Shown here: piece by piece, positions 54,568-64,000 of the stretch | Numbering within the stretch: position 1 is the first letter of the stretch | How the letters are laid out: every line of letters starts with the position of its first letter | Assembly (NCBI GenBank): GCA_951406725.2 | Contig: OX597818.1 | Span: 66,712,001 to 66,776,000 of the forward strand | Reading direction: 5' to 3' | DNA length: 64,000 nt | DNA from: Octopus vulgaris | Taxonomy: Eukaryota | The notes under the pieces: model-generated | What the model saw: only the letters and a program-made list of their open reading frames with translations | What the model was told of the DNA's origin: nothing | Databases searched by the model: none | Translations under genes and position numbers: made by a program

Positions 54568-54932
54568 GGCACTCCGAGCTTACGACGATGAGGGTTCCAG
54601 TTGATCCAACGAAAGGAACTGCCTGCTCGTGAAATTAACGTGCAAGTGGCTGAGCACTCCACTTACACGTGTAACCTTAATGTATTTCTAGGAGAGATTC
54701 AACGTGAGACAGTGTGACAAGGCTGGCTCTTTAAAATACTAGTGCAGGAAGAAAGAATGAGAGAAAGTTGTGGCGCAAGTACATAAGTGTTCGCCACCAC
54801 CTCCTGCCAGAACGTCGTGGAGCTTTAGTTGCTTTCGCTCCATAAACATTCACAACGCCCGGACTGGAAATCGAAGCCACGGTCCTACGACCGCGAGTCC
54901 GCTGCACTCACTACTGGGCCATTGCGCCCCAC
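54568..54932 (-). mobile_element. SINE group C, near full length
   Basis: Minus strand gtggggcgcaatggcccagtagtgagtgcagcggactcgcggtcgtagg.. through tail ..gagtgcc. Confidence 0.85.
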
Positions 54933-55223
54933 TGTGTTTATATAGAGTGTAATATAATAATAACTGCTATGTATATAACAATTATTTTTTTCTGTAAAAT
55001 GTGTACGACAAAGAGATAGATGAATATACTGTTACTTATGTAATATCCATAATAGTAAGTACCCCGAACAAAATGCTCAGTGGCATTTCGTCTGTTTTTA
55101 TGTATTGAGTTCAAATTCCACCACGGCCAATTTTGCATTTAATTATCTTGGGGTCGATAAAATAAATACATGTTGAAACGTCAAGCAACTGAGAAGCAAA
55201 TCTGTGGTATTTGCAGAATACGC

Positions 55224-55625
55224 TTTTTACTCTTTTAGTTCTTTCAGTCATTTCACTGTGGCCCTGCTGGGACACCGCCTTTAGTTGAGCAAATCGACCC
55301 CAGGACATATTCTTTGTAATCCTAGTACTTATTCTATCGGTCTCTTTTGTCGAACCACTAAGTTACAGGGACGTAAACACACCAGCATCGGTTGTCAAGC
55401 GATGTTGGGGGGAAAACCACAGACACACAAACACACACAGTTATATACATATACGTATATATGACGGGATTCTTACAGTTTCCGTCTCCCAAATGCACTC
55501 ACAAGGCTTTGGTCGACCTAAGACTATAGCAGAAGACACTTGTCCAATGTGCCACGCAGTGGGACTGAACCCGGGAGCATGTGGTTGTTAAATAAGCTAC
55601 TAACCACAGAGCCACTCCTGCACCT
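55224..55625 (-). mobile_element. SINE group A
   Basis: Full reverse-complement match. Confidence 0.9.
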
Positions 55626-56340
55626 ATGAATATTATTTATAACTATTGTTCTGCTTCAAGAACTCAGCATTGAATCTGTCTGAGATGTAATGGAAAAGAG
55701 GTGAATTTCAAAAAATTCATAAGAGTAAGTTTTGCAGGGAAGAGTTTTCAGGCGAGTGTTGTCAGTTCCTTTGAGTTCTAGATAGAACCAAATAGGAAGT
55801 TACCCTTACTGTCCAAACACAAAATGAAAGCAATATTTGTTTCATAGTGTTATGTTTTAAGAAGTATTTTACAAGTGAATACAAATGTTCTCCTCCTCCT
55901 ACGAATGGTTTATAATGGCCGATCCTAGAGTTTTACTGGTGATTTTGAAACCCTACCTGTAAAGTAGTCTCACAACACCCGTATACATGACATACATTCA
56001 CATGTACATACAAACATACGTCTGTGTGTGTGTGTTTTTGTGTTTGTATGTGTGTGTGTTTTCGATTTCAGTAGTGGGTCGAACACTCCATTGCATTGTC
56101 CAGTGTCGTACGAGGCACGATACCCACCTTCTGGAGAAGATAGTGTGAGAAATATGAACCAAACAAAGGAAAGAAATAATACATGGTAAAAAGGTTTGAT
56201 AGGTTTTCTAAGTTTTATAAATACCCACGCATGTCAGCAAATTCCGAAAATAATCCCACAACAGTTGTAGAGACATTATGCGATCAGTCATTTTACCGCA
56301 TCAGTGATCGACAATAAATACAAACATTCTTTTTTAATCT

Positions 56341-56392
<52 letters not shown>

Positions 56393-56395
<3 letters not shown>

Positions 56396-56760
56396 AGGCA
56401 GGCAACAGGTTGCGTAGCCACATACCGAAAAATTAGAAATAACAGTCAAAGACTGTTTATTTCTATTTTCTGCAAATGAGACTCCACATACGACATATCC
56501 CTGTAATTCACATAAGCAAAACAGAAGGAAGAAATAACGAAAGCAAAGTCTAAGGGTTATTTACGAATGCGTTTCTAGATTAGGAATATAAACTCAATAT
56601 CTATCATCAGCGTAACTCTAAATAGATTTTTCAAATGCTACATACCTCTACCTGCCGAGCTGGCGTCGTCGGAATAGTGGAAGAAAGCAAGCACAGGCCA
56701 AATCTATTTAGAAGATGGAACCCGCATTTTCCCTCGAAAATTTTACCATGCGTATTGCAA
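56393..56760 (-). mobile_element. HHR-bearing Penelope-like island ending in (TA)n
   Basis: ccacataccgaaaaattagaaataacagtc segment shared with the 13172-family element; HHR at 56561-56615; far boundary approximate. Confidence 0.65.
56561..56615 (-). ncRNA. type I hammerhead ribozyme (helix III with one probable CpG-decay change)
   Basis: Minus strand: TTACG-CTGATGA-TAGAT..ATCTA-GAAA-CGCA-TT-CGTAA. Confidence 0.75.
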
Positions 56761-56941
56761 AAATAGTTCCTTAGAGATAGAAACTATGGGTTGTCGTAAG
56801 GAAGTGAAAATTTCAATTAGTAATATAATAAGAGTAAATATTAGTTTTAATGTTTTTTTAAAAAACAACAAAAATTATTTACGGGTAGATTTCGGCATGT
56901 AAATATAACCATTAACGATAGGATCTTTTATAAAAAAGTTC

Positions 56942-57112
56942 AGGCGCAGGAGTGGCTGTGTGGTAAGTAACTTGCTAACCAACCACATGGTTCGGGTTCA
57001 GTCCCACTGCGTGGCTTCTTGGGCAAGTGTCTTCTGCTATAGCCCCGGGCCGACCAATGCCTTGTGAGTGGATTTGGTAGACGGAAACTGAAAGAAGCCT
57101 GTCGTATATATG

Positions 57113-57143
<31 letters not shown>

Positions 57144-57363
57144 TTGTTTGTGTGTCTGTGTTTGTCTCCCTCGCATTGCTTGACAACCGATGCTGGTGTG
57201 TTTATGTCCCCGTTACCTAGCGGTTCGGCAAAAGAGACCGATAGAATAAGTACTGGGCTTACAAAAAGAATAAGTCCCGGGGTCAAGTTGCTCGATTAAA
57301 GGCGGTGCTCCAGCATGGCCGCAGTCAAATGACTGAAACAAGTAAAAGAGTAAAAGAGAGTAA
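56942..57363 (+). mobile_element. SINE group A, full length
   Basis: Full match. Confidence 0.92.
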
Positions 57364-57394
57364 AGTGTATGTGTTTTTCTATATAAATAAAATA

Positions 57395-57435
<41 letters not shown>

Positions 57436-57702
57436 CATACTTTGTTATACAAATCGAAAACAACCTCTTCCTCCCTACTCTATCTGCCTCTCCCTTTCTC
57501 TGAATCTTCTTCCACCTCTCTCTCAATCTCCATCTGTCTCTCACTGGTCATCAACATTTTGTTTGAGTCAGGTGTGGAAAGCTTCGGACATTCTTGATGA
57601 GATGCTTTCCGTTTCTGCTTATTTGCATAAATGAAAACACGTATTTATATTTGAATGTTTGCATCATAGTTCAACAGTCATTATGTAATTATTTCAACAT
57701 CT

Positions 57703-57803
<101 letters not shown>

Positions 57804-58759
57804 ACGTATTGCTATATTGTTATCAATATTCTAACAGAGAGCACAACTAGTGTTTGTAGTCCAATTCTCGTTTATTATGACAAAATGCATGAATGAATAA
57901 ATGAATTAATGAAGTAATCAATTAATTAGCAGCATTGCATTTCTAGAATCGTTCACCGAGCATGGAGTAAGCGCACCCAACGCACACAGTCACGGAGAAA
58001 GCACACGAGTTTCCGAACCTTCATAACGACACAGCTTATGGCAAAATATACTGACAAAGCAAATAATTAAAGCAAATTTCGTCTCATAATTACTAAAACT
58101 ATATTTTGTCTTATAATTATAAAAACTGATATGAAATTAAAATTAACCTTATTTTTCCAATGTGGAAACTTCACGGCAAAGATACAGCAATATTTATGTA
58201 GAGGCGACATGATTCCAACAGAAGTACCTTAAACTTGAAGGTTTAAAAACCAAATACATTTGAATAATCTTTCTCAGAATAGGGATTTCCTTTCTAGTGG
58301 TCCATATAAATTATGGCCAATGTCACTTGGTGCCATTGAGTTACCAGATTTGCCTATTTCATTGTTGTGCCACTTAGCCTTCTCTGCAAACGCTTCATGT
58401 CTACTTTTTCACTTAGGATTTTCTCTTTAAATTTTATACTTATATTTCCTCTACTAGTCGGTGCCAATGTCTTGTAAATAGCTTCATTTTCTTTAAAGGA
58501 GGTAATAGAACAAATAAAATTCGATAAAAGTTCTTCTTCGGCTACATATGATGCAATTAATATTTGTATAGCGATGTATTAGAAAACTATTCTAGATTCT
58601 GTAATGAATTCTTCAAAATTGTACAATAAACAATCGGTCATTGTTTAACTTCCACATCCTCCAGCATCTCGCTGCAATTAGAGTGCATTTTAATAAGGTC
58701 TTTATATATTTCAGTCATTCTTGATTGAAGTGGATGTTTTCGTTGCTAACGCCAGAAAG

Positions 58760-59155
58760 TTTGGGAAACAGGGGTATTTGATTACATCAATCAGAGCGCT
58801 GAACTGGTACCTAGTCTATCGACACCGAGAGTGATGAATGGCAAATTCAACCTCGGCGGATCTGAACTAAAAAAATAGAGACAAACGAAATGAGGCTAAG
58901 CATTTTGCGCGATGCCGTAGCGATTCTGCTTCTTTCCCACCTATCGGCAATATGATTTTGGCTTCAAATTTGGTACTACAAAAATAGCCAGCAAGATCGG
59001 CAAAGGGTCCCTGTAGATTATATCAACTCCAGGTTTTAACTTTAGCCATTTGGGTTAATAGCGAAGTCAACTTTATATTTGAACTCTAAGACGAAAATAC
59101 AGATGTAATGTCGCTGAGCATTTTGCCCGGAATTCTAACATATCAGCCAGCCAAC
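58760..59155 (-). mobile_element. two diverged SINE group B relics
   Basis: tcgacaccgag..cctcggcggatctgaact..gctaagcattttg; second copy ends gagcattttgcccgg..gccagc. Confidence 0.6.
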
Positions 59156-61849
59156 CATTTTCCTGTGTGGATTTAATATCAACTGGACTTACATCTCAAT
59201 GTGTATTCTTAAAAGAAAGTGAAAAAGACAAAGAAAGAAAACATGCTCCTCGATCTTTTTCGCGCCACTTCGTTATTGGAAATGTCGCTGAATATCGCGT
59301 CCTCGTTAACTGGTGAAGGTAGGTTCTGATTATAGTGTTGTAAATCGTCATGGTTCTCGGATTGGGTGGTGCCATTCGTTCTGAAGCAAAACAAATCCTT
59401 TCATCTTGCACTTTTCCAACTAGCTATGAAGGAGTTATCCTCCGGAGACTGCTACTCTTCCACGAGCAATGTTGTGTTCTCAGACATTCAAAACAAATGG
59501 AAAATGGGTAACCGGCCCTATTATTAATGGAACTCGACATAATATTTACTTGTTACATGAGAGCAGAGAACATTTACTATTCTGCTCAAGTTTGTAACAA
59601 TATTTCTTAGCATTCTCTATTAATTACAAATACATTCTTATTATCTCATCTTGTAAATGTTCTGTATAATTTTCTGTCTAGTCTTGTAAATACATTTAAG
59701 TTTATTTAATAGCATTATAGTTATAGCTTATTACTGCGGCAATTACTCTGTTGATGAGTTGTATCTATTATACGAATTTAATTCTGTTTTAATTATTTTT
59801 CTATTGTCTGTCTAGCTTTCTTTTCTAACCAACCCTTTCATCGGTGTATAATTAAAGTGTGTGCGTAATTGCATTGTAACAATCCGTATATGTACTAGCA
59901 AATTGTCATACTTCAGTTTCTATTCCACGCAACATACTAATGTTTGTAGTGTATTATGCATTTCAAAAGGTGTTCCTGATGTGATGTTTTTGTCTAAATT
60001 TAATATGAATTTTTCAAGTGGGTAATGGAAGCGTAGCGTACAATTTGCTATCTGGACCTTAAATTCAAATAAGTAACAATTAAAATTCAAAAGACCACCT
60101 AAAACTTTTGTCCGAACAGAATTTGCTCAAGGCATAAAACGGAACCAGGTTAAGAGAGAGTGGGGAGATAGAGTGAAGAGAGAGGAATATACAAAGAGAG
60201 GGAGAGAGCGGAAAGAGAGAGTGGAAGATACAAAGAGAGAGAAAGAGCGAGTGTAATATTAACTGAGAATTCACTTTCTAATTTAGAGTTCCCTCACTTA
60301 CCTTGTTAATTAAAGGCATGTTTTAGTTATTATTGATACTACTTAACTACCACTAATGCCTTCTGGATTTGCGTGTGGTTTCCTCAAGCGATAACTGTCT
60401 ATGTCATGTTTTGGACCCTGTACGTTTCGTTAGCGCTTATGTGCAACCGAGAGCATTTGCTTCACTTCGTAAATGGTCGCTTATTTTATCCAACTTTGAT
60501 TATTTTACTTCAAGTTAGGATGTACTACTAGAACAATACATTACCGACTGAATCGGAATTGAACATGAAAAGATCGATAATGACTAGGGCAAAATATAAA
60601 ATCTTCCATCTTCATTCCTTGACATAGAGTCCACCACACAACGTGACCCTCCAGAGCACCGTCGAAAAACTGATTGAATAAGCTAAAACTATTAGGTTGC
60701 GGAAGAAGTCCCTGCGCCGTGTGAAAATAATGCTTTTTAAATGTATTTTTGTGGTGTTTGTGTTCATTCAGTTCATGTGATATTCACAGATGACTCACGG
60801 CGCACCAACTTTTTACTCAATCTAGTATTAGAACAGCGAACTCAGGCATTAGCCAATTTCGTTATACGTACGATAATAAATTTTCGACAAAGCACCATTG
60901 TCCAACAATGCAGGTGCGTTTTATATGGACGCCCACAAAGTTTTCCCCGCCTGATGGCCATCATAAAGAAGGCCAATCATAACACTCAATATATCTATAA
61001 AAAAAATGTTCTGCAATCAGTAAATTTGAAGCAAGTTACATCCGAAATTTAAATACACGTACATGGTTGAACTTCTGCTTCAAATAATTAGGTATTAGAG
61101 CTTTACCCGTATCCACTTCTCAAGATATCTCTACTCCGTACCGGGAATCGTTTAGAGAAAATTAAATTGAAGTGACTGCAGTCACTGACCTTACAGACTT
61201 TTCAACAGCTGAAAAAAAACCGTTCTTTGCATGAAGATTACAGATATTTGTCCTAAGATTACAGATATTTGTCCTAATTTGTTTTAGCATCCTGAATGCA
61301 ATGAACAACATAACAAGTAATTTGCCAAATTTCCCCGTGTACCATCCAATAAATTCTGAACCTCAGCTCCTATATCCTCATTTTTCACCGTTCCATTTTC
61401 CCGCCAGTCTCACGTTTTTCAGTAACTTCAGGTCTCATCACATGGAATGGTGTGCGGAGTCCCTTGTTGCGTAATATTTGTTTTTCATGTCCTTTATGTA
61501 CTTCTTCTTCTGTCTTTCGCTTTCCTCGGCTTTCAATACACCGTCGTCATTGTCTCTAGTTAGGTTTCCTTATATTCAAATAGACTGCTAACGGCGTTTC
61601 GGTCGTTTTACGCTCTCAGTTCAAATTCCGCCCTGCTCAACTTTGACCTTCATCCATTCAGTCCCGATTAAAAAACAAAAAAATACAACAAAGCAAACAA
61701 ACAAAAAGCTACTAGTTGACTGTTGTTCTCGCTGTAATCGACTTACCCTCTGTACAAAATTACTGGCCTTGTGCCATAATTTGAAACCGATATTGCTGTT
61801 ATTGTTATCGTTGTGCTTCTGCATACTCATTTAAGATAATACGTATTTC

Positions 61850-62300
61850 ATCTTGATGAAAATCTCAAGAAAATGGTTTTAAGGTTCTTGCAGAACATGG
61901 CAGAATACATTTCTGCAGGTCGACAATGCCAGTTTCAGTTCCATTCTTTCTCAAACTTTTAGGCACCATTCAGGTTGCTGTGCAAAGTGCACCAAATAAC
62001 ACAGGAATAAATGTTGTCCCGGTCTTCCACACTTCTCTCACCCCTCTGGCTAGATCCTGGTATTTCTTATTTTTTATCAATAACTTTGCTATCTATTCAG
62101 ATATGATAAGCAATGACAAGATTTATCTCGACAAACTCTTAATATTTTCTCCTATATTATCTTTGGTCGTCTTCCTTCAACAGTGTGGTCAGTGTTTATA
62201 TGGAAATATCACACGATCTTGGCATACTTATTTTGAATTAAATCCTGTGGTCAGTGTTCATAGAATTGTCTAGTTTTTTCGAAGCAAAACATTCGAATAA
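61850..62300 (-). mobile_element. decayed R4/Dong-like RLE 3' fragment
   Basis: Minus strand KKYQDLARGVREVWKT..IPVLFGAL..VPKSL..DLQKCIL..SARTL. Confidence 0.6.
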
Positions 62301-62949
62301 CTAACTATTTTGTAGTTGCGTCTTAGACGAACACACGGCTACTATTATTATTATTAATATTTCTTTATTTACCACAAAAGGGTTTACATTATGAAAACAC
62401 TGTGAACGGTAAAGGACCACAGAAAGTGTACATGCATTTACGCGTATTAAGGTGTTGTTGCGAGGGTTTTGCATGTAAAAATGATTAACATAATGTGGGA
62501 AAATCAGCAATGTATAATCCTCAACAGGGAGGATAGGTTTGAGGGCTTCTCAGGAAAAAGAAACACACACAAAACCATGGGTACCCAGACTTTTGGGATG
62601 GGTGCCTTTTCACTTTTTCTTATTTATAATTCTTATTTATAATTCTTATTTATAATTGTAAGCATAGGCTTTTAAAAGGAGAAAAAAAGTTAGTGTTTTT
62701 GTTCTTGCTGTTGTATTTAATGTCATTGTGCATAATGAAGGTGATCAGCTTAATCATCATTATCATAATCAACATTATCACTTCTACTACCACTAAAACC
62801 TCTACCACCACGTCGGCCTCCACGACCACCATTTCTACCACCACCACTACCGGCGCTTATTCCACCCCCAACATCGTCCTCGTCATCATTTTTGTGATTA
62901 CGTTCATCATTGTGCCATAATACTTCATCATGTTGTAGTTGAAGGAGCG

Positions 62950-63013
<64 letters not shown>

Positions 63014-63080
63014 TCATTGTTATTGTTATTGTTATTATTATTATTATTATCATTGCTCTTATTACTATTATTATTATTAC

Positions 63081-63153
<73 letters not shown>

Positions 63154-63172
63154 ATTATTATTATTATCATTA
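62950..63172. repeat. (TTA)n microsatellite
   Basis: Direct observation. Confidence 0.95.
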
Positions 63173-63379
63173 TACCTTTTTATTATTCCTTTTTATCATT
63201 GTCATCGTTATCAGGTTCAGTATCGTGATAGACATGGCGGACATTATTATTGTAAGTAATTTTATCATAAATAAGTTTTGTTTTATTTCTTTGAGTCATT
63301 TTGTTTATTATGACAGCAACTACAGAAGTTGCAGTCTAAGACCAGTGAAGAAACAACAAATATATATATACATACATAC

Positions 63380-63437
<58 letters not shown>

Positions 63438-64000
63438 AAAAATATAAGAAAGAAAAAAAACGCTACTTTGTCTCATTGTGAGAGATGCAATTCTATTATC
63501 TCATCATGATTCTTCACTTAACTATTTGTAGACAATACCAAGAGATCAAACGAATACATTCTCTTCTGAAAATGTAATTAGAAACAAAAAAACACACATA
63601 TACACACACAAAAAATGACGAAACTTTAATAGACAATAGATTATAAAAGAGTCAAGAGGAATAAATTAATAAAGAAGGCATATATATATGAAATACTCAC
63701 ATAAATACACGAACGCTTACCATTTCTTCAACATCTTCCCACAAGGTTTAGCATAGAGAATAATTGAAATACCTAAACCTATCTTTACATTTACTAGAAA
63801 ATGTGTCTAAGGGGATAAAAGAACTAAAACATTAGAAGCTGATATAAATCTACAACGTCTACCTAACATAATTCTGCTGGCGATTTTCATGGTAGATTTA
63901 ATGATAAGACAATATCATTTATCAGTTACAGACATATTACAACTGAAAGGTTTATTAAATTTTTAAATACATTTTTTTTTGCTTTTTAAGATAAATATCC

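Noticed and set aside
59196-59490. Coding-like, CpG-containing segment with a possible donor AAG|GTAGGT
   Set aside because: Short frames with stops and no recognisable homology.

Overview
AT-rich, repeat-saturated eukaryotic non-coding DNA (intergenic or intronic). It is very probably from an octopus or other coleoid cephalopod; this is inferred from the SINE sequences and the density of (TA)n/(CA)n/(TAA)n microsatellites, not from a database hit. No intact host protein-coding gene is supported, and almost all listed ORFs are microsatellite or SINE artefacts. The window holds about 25 copies of three tRNA-type SINE groups, fragments of two CR1/L2-group LINE families, several R4/Dong-like RLE-LINE fragments beside (TAA)n tracts, a Helitron-like end and a tRNA-Asn(GTT) pseudogene. 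The main hidden signal is a set of short non-coding islands in (TA)n microsatellites that each carry a type I hammerhead ribozyme (HHR) fold: five well-formed motifs, two more in the arms of a 590-bp near-perfect palindrome, and minimal or decayed relics. Their helix sequences differ, but helix III is palindromic or one substitution away from it (CCGCGG, CGGCCG, CAATTG, CGTACG, [T]ATATG, CGC[A]), and several islands carry inverted duplications. This fits a diverse, (TA)n-associated population of Penelope-like/retrozyme-like elements with dimer-dependent ribozymes.
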